From: Macrostomum lignano
Taxonomy: Eukaryota
Reading direction: 5' to 3'
DNA length: 64,000 nt
Assembly: GCA_002269645.1 (NCBI GenBank)
Contig: NIVC01002066.1
Span: forward strand, 124,001-188,000
Made by a program: the position numbers and the translations under genes. Shown one piece after another: positions 12,402 to 24,292 of the stretch. The notes beneath the pieces are model-generated. The model saw only the letters and a list, made by a program, of their open reading frames with translations. It had not been told where the DNA came from and made no database searches. How positions within the stretch are numbered: the first letter of the stretch is position 1; each line of letters begins with the position of its first letter.

Positions 12402-15317
12402 ATGGGAGCATCAGAAGGCTCGCAGCTGCACTCAGCAGTTTGCGAAGGCGACGAGCTGCTTGTCCGCTCTCTCGTGGCCTCCCTCGTCCCGCTGGACTCT
12501 TGCACAGGCGATGACAGCTCGCCGCTCTACCTAGCTGCCGAGCGCGGTCTCAGCTCCATCGTGAGGCTGCTAGCCGGAGCTGGAGCTAGTCTGGACCTTG
12601 GCAACTCGGCGGGAGTCACTCCACTGATGAAAGCCAGCTGGAACGGTCACGTGGAGGCTGTTGAAGTCCTGCTTGAATTTCAAGCCTCTGTGGAGCTCAG
12701 AGACAGCACGGGAGCCACCGCTCTGTACATGGCATCGGAGTACGGACACCTGCCGATAGTCCAGCGGCTGCTTCGGGCAGGTGCCGAAGTCGATGCGGAA
12801 GACGCGCTAGGAGCGGTTCCGCTGTTCATCGCTGCCGAGACTGGCTTCACCGACGTTGTCAAAACGCTGATGCGGGCCGGCGGCAATGTTGATCACGTGA
12901 TGTGGTTCAGCGGGCTCACGCCACTCAATACGGCCACCTATACGGGCCAGATTGGCTCCATCGAGCTGCTGATTGGTGCCAGCGCTGACCTGGCCATCCC
13001 AAACAAAAGGGGCTTTACGCCGCTGTGCCACGCCGCCTTGAAGAATCACGTCGAGGTTCTGAAGCGCCTGCTTCGCGCCAACGCCGATCCAAACGTCCCG
13101 AACAATGCCGGGGAGACGCCGCTCTACGTAGCCTCGAAGTGCGGCTTTGCCGAGGTTGCTTCGGCTCTCATTGACGCCAATGCGGATGTCAATCTGGCAT
13201 GCGCCGCAGGCTCTCGAGCGCTGCACGCAGCTGCTAAGAACGGCCACATCCGGGTTGTTCGGCTGCTTATTGAGGCCAAGGCCGACCTCTTTGCCGTGAA
13301 TGACAGCCGAGAAACAGCGCTGCTACTCGCCTGCTCGTACCTGAATGGGCAGGTTGTCGGGCTGCTGCTCAGCGCTATGTCAGTCCACTCTGCACTGAGG
13401 TCTGAAATTATAACTTCCTGCTTAGAGCGTCTGAGTTCTTATCGAGATCATCCGAATGTGCTCAGAATTCGATCGCTTCTTCGCGGAGAGTCGGAAGAAT
13501 CTACAGTCGAGCTTCAGTCCCGAGACTGCGACCAGCTCAGCCATCGTCTCACGGCTGCAGGGTTCACGGCCCCAAGAGCGCGGTTTCAAGCTGAGATCGC
13601 TTGCGCATTGGAGGACATCTGCACTAAGTGCCTCGGTCTTCCCCACCACCTCACCGGTAGCTATGGCGACGGCTGGGGAAACAATCTCACAGTTTTGAAC
13701 GGGCGAACAGGCTTCGACTCTGACTTAGACTTTACCCGCATCACTCCCGACTGCTGCCACATCGCTGGCTTCTGCCAGTGCCCTCCGGAGTCAGTCGCGG
13801 ACAAAATGGTGGGCGAATTTGTCAATGGTCACGTGACTTGCAGTGTATCGTGTAAGTTCTTGGATCTATTTGGTTGCTCAGTCAGTTAGTAGTAACATGG
13901 AACCACAACAAATCATTCCTGCTGTTTGAATTCCAGCATCTGTGACCGCAGAAACCTGCTTGCCGTCACGGCTGAGACCGGCAACTGATTACGTATTTGC
14001 GGTTCAGTGCTGCTGCTACCCTGATGTGCCAGTTCTGCAGCCAGGCTGTCAAGGTCACCTGCCGCAGAGCCTGGTTGAGAGCTTATTGAACGAGCTTCGC
14101 GCCGGCAATCCGTGCCACCTCATCCGAGCAGCCAGCCCAGGAAAATCCGGGCTCGAGATGCGCATCAGCACGACTTTCCTCGAGCGCCTGTATATGAGAA
14201 GTCTCACCACAGTACAGGGCCAGTTGTTCGTCACTGTGAAGCATTTTTAAAGAATGTCGTTAGCAAGCAGGTGAAGGGCTTGAAGTCTTACCATGCAAAA
14301 ACTCTGATTTTCTTGATGGTTCATCGAACTCCAATCGACATGTGGCAGCCTGAGAAGTTTACTGAGCTGGTGCAGCAAGCGCTGAACTTGCTGATAAGCT
14401 GCCTCAGCCAGGAATCCGATCCTCGGGTCTGCATGAGACACTTCTTCTACCCGGATGCTCCGCTGTATTTCAAGAAGAACTCCTCTCCGAAAGAAGAAGT
14501 GCTAAGTTGCCTGAAAACCGTGACGCAAAGCCTGCCTGATCATCTGCTCAACTTTCAGTCCCAATTAAAAACACTGGACACTGCGGACTTTAATTTCGAT
14601 CCGTTCAACCTGATACCGCTGCAGAGGGTGACACGCAGGCACACTGTGGAGCAGTTTGCTGGCGAGTACCACCAGCTTTACGACTGCGTTGCTCAGCTTT
14701 TACTCAGGCTGAGGCCTGACGATGAAGCTGATTCTGACGAGTGCAACTGGAGGCTTCTTGACAGCCTGCCAGACTGCGCCCGCACAGCACGAGAGTGCCT
14801 CCGAGCCATGCTCCAACTCAAGGCCGGTGACCTCGAAGCCGCTCGAACAACTTTGCTAGGACAGAAGTCCCAGTCGCTAAAAGTGAATCGCAGCATCCAG
14901 TTCGAGAAGTCTTCAGTGCTTCATCAACTGTTGAACAGCGACTCAGCTTGGCGATTCATTTTCCGCATAGATGAAGGACTTCAGCTGCCGTATCTACCGA
15001 ATCTCACTCAGAAGATTTTTCCTCACGGAACAGAAATTTACATTGAGTTTTTCTACATTAACTTTGATGCAGCCTTCAAGAGTCTCTGCTTTGAGCTGCT
15101 CCCCAGCGACGAGGTCAGCGCCGAGGACTGGTTCCTGGAACTGCAACAGGGCGCAGACTTGGTGGAGCTGAAGGCTCTGGCTGAATTCAGCAGCGATCCT
15201 CGCCATTTGGAGTTCGTCCACGAGCAGCTGGTGGCTTTGAGCAGCGGCTATGACGACGTGATTGCCGAAGTCAAGGAGAAGTTCGTGCGGCTGATGGCGG
15301 ACGGAAAATCTTACTGA
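12402..15317 (+). CDS. Ankyrin-repeat + Mab-21/cGAS-like nucleotidyltransferase (cGLR-like), about 943 aa after correcting a 1-nt frameshift
   Basis: Exon 12402-13851 (start ATG inferred), intron 13852-13936 (GTAAGT..TTCCAG, phase 1), exon 13937-15317. About 10 ANK repeats (e.g. TPLMKASWNGHVEAVEVLL). NTase motifs GSYGDG...SDLDF and TDYVFAV, then MRISTTFLE, LKSYHAKTL and MRHFFYP typical of Mab-21 domains. The frame breaks at T5 14244-14248 (CATTTTTAA); one extra T restores VKHFLKNVV. Confidence 0.85.
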
Positions 15318-15589
15318 TTTTTGCGCACTTGGATAAATAGAAACATCTGAGAACCGTTAAAGGACAATTATTTATAATAAACTTGAAAAATCAGCTGCTT
15401 CCGTTTTTCGGAACTGACTTTGACATTACGGATTAGGCAAAATATGCAATAAATTCTACCAAACAAAAAATTGGTCTCTATCGTCATAAACTGCTGATTG
15501 ATGATTCACCTATCCAGATGTGGGACGGAGCGGAGTTTGGAGGGGAATGGGGTGGAACCAGCTTAATTTAAGGGCGGACCCTCCAGTTT

Positions 15590-16832
15590 GAGGGTGGATC
15601 CAGTTTTGGGGGGAATGGCGGATCCAGCTAGGGGTGGCGGATAAAGTTTTGGGGCGGATCCAGTTTGTGAGGGGCGGAATTATTTTTCTGGGGCTGAACC
15701 AGTTTAGGAAGGGCGGATACAGTTTCGGGGGATCCAGTTTCGGGGGGATCCAGTTTCGGGGGATCCAGTTTCGGGGGATCCAGTTTCGGGGGATCCAGTT
15801 TCGGGGGATCCAGTTTGGGGGGATCCAGTTTGAGGAGATCCAGTTTGAGGGATCCAGTTTGAGGGGATCCAGTTTGAGGGGATCCATTTGAGAGGATCCA
15901 GTTTGAGGGGATCCAGTTTGAGGAGATCCAGTTTGAGGGGATCCAGTTTGAGGGGATCCATTTGAGAGGATCCAGTTTGAGGGGATCCAGTTTGAGGAGA
16001 TCCAGTTTGAGGGGATCCAGTTTGAGGGGATCCATTTGAGAGGATCCAGTTTGAGGGGATCCAGTTTGAGGGGATCCATTTGAGGGGATCCAGTTTGAGG
16101 GGATCCATTTGAGAGGATCCAGTTTGAGGGGATCCAGTTTGAGGAGATCCAGTTTGAGGGGATCCAGTTTGAGGGGATCCAGTTTGAGGGGATCCAGTTT
16201 GAGGGGATCCAGTTTGAGGGGATCCAGTTTGAGGGGATCCATTTGAGAGGATCCAGTTTGAGGGGATCCAGTTTGAGGAGATCCAGTTTGAGGGGATCCA
16301 GTTTAGCGGGATCCAGTTTGAGGAGATCCAGTTTGAGGGGATCCAGTTTAGCGGGATCCAGTTTGAGGAGATCCAGTTTGAGAGGATCCAGTTTGAGGAG
16401 ATCCAGTTTGAGGGGATCCAGTTTAGCGGGATCCAGTTTGAGGAGATCCAGTTTGAGAGGATCCAGTTTGAGGGGATCCAGTTTAGCGGGATCCAGTTTG
16501 AGGAGATCCAGTTTGAGAGGATCCAGTTTGAGGGATCCAGTTTAGCGGATCCAGTTTGAGGAGATCCAGTTTGAGAGGATCCAGTTTGAGGAGATCCAGT
16601 TTGAGAGGATCCAGTTTGAGGGGATCCAGTTTAGCGGGATCCAGTTTGAGGAGATCCAGTTTGAGAGGATCCAGTTTGAGGAGATCCAGTTTGAGAGGAT
16701 CCAGTTTGAGGAGATCCAGTTTGAGAGGATCCAGTTTGAGGAGATCCAGTTTGAGAGGATCCAGTTTGAGGAGATCCAGTTTGAGAGGATCCAGTTTGAG
16801 GAGATCCAGTTTGAGGAGATCCAGTTTGAGAG
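15590..16832. repeat. 15-bp GGATCCAGTTTGAGG satellite, left part
   Basis: Tandem units directly visible, with a BamHI site in almost every unit. Confidence 0.95.
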
Positions 16833-18023
16833 TGTGATAAATAGGCAATTAGATAATAGCATGCACGGTGAGCAATTATTTAGGCCCTAGACAAACCTAC
16901 TTGGAGCGTTTGGAGATTTTAAAGCTATTAATCCTAATCGCCTATCGCCGGTCGGCGAGTCCTACCAGTCTTTCTCCAATAGCCGCAGGTACAGTACAAG
17001 AAAATAAATAACACGAGGGAACACAAACCGAAAGATTTAGAGAGTGATAATCCTATGTGATACAAACTGATAATTGGCTAGACGATTTAATTCGGTTATT
17101 CAAGCTACAGGATTCAAGCAATTCGCGGCGCAGATAATTAGACTGATGGTAACGAATAGTAACGATTAATAATAATGATTATATTACGCACTGACAAGCG
17201 GATCTCAGCTGAGAAGAAGAAGAAGAAGGCACCGAACACAGGACCACGGAGAAAGACTCCTAACCCCTGGCCTAAGCCAGAACCTGCACTCAAACGAGAG
17301 CCCTGCCGAATCGACCGTTCAACGGAGTACCGACTAAATTCTATCGGTACTGCCCTTCAGTGTAACACTGAGGCCCTCGGGATCGAGGCCGCGTACTTGA
17401 TCAGATCCGACAGTCTGTATCTAACCGCGCTTGATAGCGACGACTTCAGACAGGAATTTGCCGTAGACGTTACGCCACAAGACTACTGCGGTTGGGCGGG
17501 GACAAAGATATGGACCGGGGGTGATGAATTCAGGCGCCTCAAAGCGCGAACCAACAAGAGGAGAAAATCGGGCCACCGGCCGGGAACTGGACAAGACAAA
17601 ACCGGGGAAAGAGAAGGAAAAGTGAGATCCGATTGCCAAACACACATTCATATATAGTCAGAGTCACAACCCCTCAAAACCCCCTCAAGCCGGGTGGTGG
17701 TCGTCTGGCCGGCCGCTTGCTTAAGCCGAATTGCACTGTGCCCGCGGCGCCGGGTAGAATTGAAACTTGCCGCGTGCCAGGGTCCAGGCCGGTTCTGATT
17801 GGCTGGCCGCGCAAAGCTGGGGTTCGCAGACAAACTCAACCCTCCGCTGAGTCACAAATAGCGTCTGACTTCTAGCCTGTTTACGAAAAATTGATTCTAA
17901 CTAACAAGGAAAAAGTACACAAAAAACGTATGACTAAACTAAAGCAAAATAACAATTCAATAACTGTAATGCAAAACCTAACTAATAGAATACAAGGCTA
18001 TCGCAAAAGATGCTCACACTACA
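16833..18023. mobile_element. Solo LTR (1191 bp) inserted into the satellite
   Basis: Starts TGT and ends ACA. 4-bp TSD AGAG at 16829-16832 and 18024-18027; removing the element rebuilds an intact TTTGAGAGGATCC unit. No retroelement ORF. Confidence 0.75.
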
Positions 18024-18510
18024 AGAGGATCCAGTTTGAGGAGATCCAGTTTGAGAGGATCCAGTTTGAGGAGATCCAGTTTGAGAGGATCCAGTTTGAG
18101 GGGATCCAGTTTAGCGGGATCCAGTTTGAGGAGATCCAGTTTGAGGGGATCCATTTGAGGGGATCCAGTTTGAGGGGATCCATTTGAGGGGATCCAGTTT
18201 GAGGAGATCCAGTTTGAGGAGATCCAGTTTGAGGGGATCCATTTGAGGGGATCCAGTTTGAGGAGATCCAGTTTGAGGAGATCCAGTTTGAGGAGATCCA
18301 GTTTGAGGGGATCCAGTTTGAGGGGATCCAGTTTCGGGGGATCCAGTTTGAGGAGATCCAGTTTGAGGGGATCCAGTTTCGGTGGGATCCAGTTTGGGGA
18401 AGTTTCGGGGGGATCCAGTTTGGAGGGATCCAGTTTAGCGGGATCCAGTTTCGATAGATCCAGTTTCGGGATACCCAGTTTCGATAGATCCAATTTCGGG
18501 GGATCCTGTT
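18024..18510. repeat. 15-bp GGATCCAGTTTGAGG satellite, right part
   Basis: Same unit and orientation as 15590-16832. Confidence 0.95.
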
Positions 18511-19248
18511 TGGCGGATTCTGTTGGTGACAAAAAATCAAGAAATCTTGACGACATGAATCAGTTTTTGCAAAATTTGCCTGTCTATCCAAGTGCCTGGG
18601 TGAGTAAAGAAACGAGTAGCGACGCCCTGCATGAGCACACGTTAAAATATAAAAATGAGGGTAGAGAAGAAACCTGCTTGTCTGGCTCACTGGAAGGGCG
18701 GGCGGAAGGGCGGAAGGGCGATCTTGTCTTCGCTCACTGGCGTGTTAAACTAACAGATGACAGCCACCCCAAAGCTGAGAACAAGTGGAAGCCGCCATTA
18801 AGGGAAAGTCTCTCATATCTATCCAAGTGTATGTTTCTGTCAACCACTCACCCCCCATCCTGTTTGTTATGCATTTTGTCTGGCCATAATTTAAACTAGC
18901 TTGAAAAACATTTGCTTTTAAATCAATGAGTTCGGCACACGGTGCTGCAACTGTTGCAGCTGTGAAATAGGAGCCTGATTATTTGCTTTGCGACTTTCAG
19001 CTTTGCTGACAAAGATTTACCGTGTCGACTTAAAATACTTCTCAACAAATGCCTCTTTGCCAGGGTCTGGAAAACAATGATAAACACGAAGAATAATCAA
19101 GGTTAGATATGCCAGGGAGAGGTTTTTCTGTTTTAATTTATATTTGCTCGCGACTGTGTGGATTGCGTTTGAAACCAGAACATTACAGTTTGCTTGAGTC
19201 CATGCTCAGCTCATCAGCTGAGCCAGTCGGTCACCGCACCGCTCGAGC

Positions 19249-19980
19249 TCAGCCACGCACGAACAGAGTCCACTCGGGCCCGCTCAGGTGGCCAGGCGGG
19301 TACACGAACTCCAGCAGGTGGCAGGCGAGCTCCTGTCGGGAGAAAACGGCGGCCCGGCAGTCGGCTCTGGCGCTGCACTTGGCCGTGCACAGAATTGCCG
19401 ACTTAGCAACAACCGGCCAGACGGAAGGGGCACTGGATGTCATGGGAGGGCTAGACGGCTTCACTGCCGTGTAGGTGTTGCGGTCTGAAACTGAAGTTGA
19501 ACAAAAGTGCATGGTCTCATAATTCCTTTATGACTACCGCTACTGAGCCATAAAAGCTTTAAAAGTACCTGAGTAGGTTAGTGAGAACACGGAGTTGCGG
19601 TACATGCCGCCACATCTCTGCATCCGATTTCCGGAGCAAGCCGCACCGCAGATGCCTTCGCTCACCAAGCCATGGGATCCGTACGAGTTGCCGCAGTAGC
19701 ACTCTTTGCCGTACTGCACACCGAAGTGGAGGAAGCTGCCTATTGAGCAGATGCTGCTGCACAGCTCGTACGACATCTCCGTACTTCTGACTGCCCCGTA
19801 ACGATTAACGCTGAACCCACCGAACTTTTCGACCCCAACGAGCCCGTTCAAGTCTCTGCTGGGTGTCCCGGGGTCTTCATAGCAGCCCAGGTATTCGAAG
19901 CGGATGAGCCTGCAGGTGACGCAAGTGAGCAGGAGGGCAGCGCAGAACAGAACGGACAGAGCCGCTGCTGAGCGCAACAT
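19249..19980 (-). CDS. Secreted WSC + PAN/apple-like protein, copy A (217 aa, intact)
   Basis: Exon 1 19980-19569, 78-nt GT-AG intron, exon 2 19490-19249. Signal peptide, WSC motif YLGCYED...MSYELCSSIC...FGVQYGKECYCGN...C...CSGN..QRCGG..RNSVF, and PAN-like CTAKCSARADCRAAVF....CHL. TATA-like TTTATAAAA about 40 nt upstream. Confidence 0.85.
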
Positions 19981-20349
19981 TTCGCTGCTCGGAGTGAGTA
20001 TTTGAGCAGCTGAGGTTTTATAAAATCACGTCTTCAGGCATCTTTTTTTTAGATTTATGTGATTCAAGGGGCATCGCTCTATGGACCAATCAGAGGAGTT
20101 CTTGAGCAGCGATCCAGAGTACAGGCCTCTACAGCAGGACGAATCTGAATTTGTCTTTATTTCTGTCAAAAGATAAAAGACACCTATCGAATTCTGAAAA
20201 CTTCTGGTCAAATAGTCCAGACTGGACAAAATGTTTCCACCGTTTTTTCTCAGAAATAATTACATTACAAAGTGAGCCGCTTGAAACACAATTTTCATTG
20301 TATAGCAGAGCTGAGGTAGCAAGGGCAAGTATTTTTTATACCTGCTTGG

Positions 20350-20985
20350 AGGCGGATCCAGTTTTGGAGGGGCGGATCCAGTTTGGGTTGGGGCGGATCC
20401 TGTTTGGGACGGGCGGATCCTGTTTGGGAGAGGCGGATCCAGTTTGGGAGGGGCGGATCCAGTTTGGGAGGGGCGGATCCAGTTTGGGTTGGGGCGGATC
20501 CTGTTTGGGACGGGCGGATCCTGTTTGGGAGGGGCGGATCCAGTTTGGGAGGGGCGGATCCTGTTTGGGAGAGGCGGATCCAGTTTGGGAGGGGCGGATA
20601 CAGTTTGAGAGGGGCGAATCCATTTTGGGAGGGGCGGGTCCAGTTTTGGAGGGGCGGATCCAGTCTGAGAGGGGCGGATCCAGTTTGGGAGGGGCGGATC
20701 CAGTTTGGGAGAGGCGGATCCTGTTTGGGAGGGGCGCATCCAGTTTGAGGGGGGCAGATACAGTTTGAGAGGGGCGGATCCATTTTGGGAGGGGCGGATC
20801 CAGTTTGGGAGGGGCGGATCCAGTTTTGGAGTGGCGGATCCAGTTTGGGAGGGGCGGATCCAGTTTGGGAGGGGCGGATCTAGTTTGGGAGGGGCGGATC
20901 CAGTTTAGGAGGGGCGGATCCTGTTTGGGAGGGGCGGATCTAGTTTGAGAGGGGCGGATCCAGTTTGGGAGGGGCGGATTCAGTT
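20350..20985. repeat. 20-bp variant satellite GGCGGATCCAGTTTGGGAGG
   Basis: Tandem units sharing the GGATCCAGTTTG core with the 15-bp satellite. Confidence 0.95.
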
Positions 20986-21532
20986 TGGTAACAAAAACAA
21001 GAAATCTTTGCGACATGAAACGGTTTTTGCAAGATTTGCCTGCGCATCCAAGTGCCTGGGTGAGTAAAGAAACGAGTAGGACGCCCTGCATGAGCACACA
21101 CATTAAAATATGAAATCAGGTTAGAAATAATGCCTGGCTTTGTCGTGTTAAACCAACAAACGACAGCCGGAAAACATTTGCTTTTAAATGTAAATTAACA
21201 AGTTTTGACCCGCGGCGGTAAAACTGATGCAGCTGTGGAATAGGAGCCTGATTATTTGCTTTGCGACTTTCAGTTTCGCTGATAAAGATTTACAATGTCG
21301 TCCTAAAATATTGGCCGACAAATTATTCTTTGCCACGGTCTGGAGAACAAGGATAAATAAGAAGATTACTCAAGGTTAGTTGTGCTAGGGAGAGGCTTTT
21401 CAGTTTGAACTTTTATTTGCCTCAAGTGGATGTGGCTGTGTGAATAGCGCTTCATGACAGGTCTTAATTCAGTTTGCTTGAGTCCATGCTCAGCCGATCA
21501 ACTGAGCCAGTCGGTCACCGCACCGCTCGAGC

Positions 21533-22265
21533 TCAGCCACGCACGAACAGAGTCCACTCGGGTCCGCTCAGGTGGCCAGGCGGGTACACGAACTCCAGCA
21601 GGCGGCAGGCGAGCTCCTGTCGGGAGAAAACGGCGGCCCGGCAGTCGGCTCTGGCGCTGCACCGGAGCAGGCAGTCCTCGACGGACTGGGCAGCGACAGG
21701 CCAGACAGAAGTGGCACCGGATGTCACGGGAGGGCTGGACTGCTTCACTACCGTGTAGGTATTGTTGTTGGAAACTGAAGTTGAACGAAAGTGCAAAATG
21801 GGTTAAATGCTTCCATATATACTGACGGCCCAGTACAGCAAAAGACACAAAAGTACCTGTGTAGCTCAGAGAGAACACAGAGTTGCGGTACATGTCGCCA
21901 CATTTCTGCTTTCGGTTTCCATAGCAAGAAGAGCTGCAGTTTCCTTCGCTCACCAAGCCATGGGATCCGTACGAGTTGCCGCAGTAGCACTCTTTGCCGT
22001 ACTGCACACCGAAGTAGAAGAAGCTGCCTAATGAGCAGATTCCGCTGCACAGTTCGTGTGACATTTTCGTGCTTCTGACTCGCCCATTGCCACCAACGCT
22101 GAACCCGCCGATCTTGCTGACTCCACTGAGCCCATTTAAGTCTCTGGGTGATCCATAGTCTTTGTAGCAGCCCAGCTAGGAGAAGCGGACAAACCTGCCG
22201 GTCACGCAAGTGAGCAGGAGGGCAGCGCAGAACACAGCGGACAGAGCCGCTGCTGGGCGCAACAT
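21533..22265 (-). pseudogene. WSC + PAN gene, copy B, with a premature stop
   Basis: Exon 1 22265-21857 and exon 2 21774-21533. TAG at 22178-22176 replaces the Tyr codon of the conserved YLGCY. The TATA-like site is also altered (TTCATAAAA). Confidence 0.8.
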
Positions 22266-23390
22266 TTCGCTGCTCGGGGAGAAGCTTGAAGCAGATGAGG
22301 TTTTATGAAATCACGGCTTCGGCAGTTCCGCATCTGGTTTTTAGTATATAGGATGTGATAGCTTGGCCTGCGTGCGCACTGGGGGCGGGGCTGGATTGCG
22401 TTGTTTTGGTTTCTCTCTCTCTCTCTCGCTGCATGTACTTGCAAGCGCGGGTTGGGGGGGGGGTGCGGTGAGTATGCCGATCGATAAGAAATAGTTCAAT
22501 ATAAAGCAGGCATTCTGGCCTGCTATGTTTTTCGTGCTTTTGAGCCAAAATAAAATTTGTCTTGACTTTATTTCATAGGATTAAACAGATTCTAGTGGCA
22601 TCGCTCTATCAACCAATCAGAGGAGTTATTGAGCAGCGATCTAGAGTAGCTCGTACAGGCCTCTACAGTAGGTCGACTCAGAAGTTGTCTTTACTCATAA
22701 TTCTAATCTGATCAAATGTTTCAGAGTTGAAGAAATGTTTTCTCCGTTTTGTTTTCAAAATTTATTACAATTATAAATGGATTCGGCTATAACATCATCG
22801 CCAAGTACATCATTCTCCATGGTATAGCAGAAATTAAGTAGGAAGGACAATAATTTTTGTAATCCTCGAAAAAAACCTCAGTACGATGAGGTAAGTAGCA
22901 AGTTCTTAGATTGACTGGATTTATTTGCGGGACCACTGCAATGATCTACGGGTCAAGCAAAGAAAGCTTTTTACAGCTTGTTATTGAGATTCAAGTTGCC
23001 AACGACCATGGCGGACGATTCAGCTACAGAGAGAGTTAAAGATAGAAAAGTCAGGGCTATTACGACATGAGATTCCGGTATACGAGCGTACGCCTTATTC
23101 ACGCCAAAGTGTGTCTAAGTAAACGTGTGCTGTAACTGTGTGCACAGTTTACAAGCTTTAAAAAATTAATTTGGAGAGATAAACCGCCAGAAATAACTCA
23201 AACTCTGAAGGAGAAGTTAAAAAAGCAACTAGTAAAAACCACTAATCACTACTTCCAGAGATTGTGAAATTTTAATAACACTAGTAAAGTTTCGATCTAG
23301 TAAAAGTCCAACTTAAAGAATTTTTGATCTAATGAATTTTCGTCATAATGAAATTTCCACCTGATGACTTTTCGACCTACGAATATAGTC

Positions 23391-23616
23391 TCGACATAAT
23401 GCGGGTTCGACATAATAAATTTTCGAAATAATGAAGTTTAGACATAATGAAGTTTAGACATAATGAAGTTTCGACGTAATGACGTTTCGACATAATGAAG
23501 TTTCGGCATAATGAAGTTTCGACATAATGAAGTTTCGGCATAATGAAGTTTCGACATAATGAAGTTTCGACATAATGAAGCTTCGACATAATGAAGTTTC
23601 GACATAATGAAGTTTA
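23391..23616. repeat. 16-bp minisatellite GACATAATGAAGTTTC, about 14 units
   Basis: Directly visible. Confidence 0.9.
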
Positions 23617-24035
23617 AACCAAGTGAAACTTTGACCTAATCAAATTTAAACCTAATGAAGTTCCAACAAAATTAAATTCAGACATTGAAATATATGAATG
23701 CACATTAAAGACAGGGGCAGCTAAAAATTTGATACTATTTTGCTTGCTTACCTATCCCTGAATCATAGCTTGATAAACTTGCGAGTGTACCTCAAATGAA
23801 GGCTTCAGTCCAGATGGTGAGATACCGGAAATATAGTAGCAAAATATTTCTACATTCATAATTTCTTTCATTGCCAACGCTAAAAAACTGCAAAAATTAG
23901 CACACAAAATTCTCTTCTACTAGATTCATCCTTGCTGAATCATTTTTTTAAAGTCAGTCGGATGCTGCACTTTGTAAGGCATTGAAGCCAGTTGGCAAAG
24001 CTGCAGTGCACAGTTTTAACAAAATCTGTGTAAGG

Positions 24036-24110
24036 CAGGGCTCGGCAGACTCCAGCCCACGGGCCACATGCGGCCTGCAAAGCCTCTCTATCCGGCCCTC
24101 GGGTCATTTT
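24036..24110. mobile_element. hAT-like terminal fragment (related pieces at about 34367 and 46365)
   Basis: CAGGGCTCGGCAGACT / GGGGGTCGGCAAACT / CAGGGGTCGGCAAACT openings followed by a shared CCTCTCTA..CGGCCC subterminal motif, resembling hAT (Charlie-type) ends. Opposite ends not located. Confidence 0.4.
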
Positions 24111-24292
24111 AAACTTCACAATAATAGAAACCTGGCCCCCTTAATGTTTATATCTCTTCTCAGGGCCCTTCTCTGCACTCTCCCCTCTCCTCTCTCCTCC
24201 CCCCTGCTCTCCTCTTCTCTCCACTCCTCTCTTCTCCTTTATTCTCTCGCCTCTCCTTTCCTTTATCCTTTATCTCCTTTCACTTTTATCTC

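Noticed and set aside
14240-14256. Programmed -1 ribosomal frameshift in the cGLR gene
   Set aside because: The TTTAAAG heptamer is not phased as X XXY YYZ in the incoming frame and no clear downstream stimulator is visible. A homopolymer indel is simpler.
17175-17657. 160-aa ORF as a host gene
   Set aside because: It lies wholly within the solo LTR, has no recognisable domain, and shows no splice or codon pattern like the real genes.
15510-18899. Long repetitive ORFs (LKLDP)n, (NWIPS)n, (GSSLR)n as proteins
   Set aside because: They are automatic translations of a 15-bp satellite, open in several frames on both strands. The same applies to 20.2-21.1 kb, 45.6-46.2 kb and 56.7-57.4 kb.
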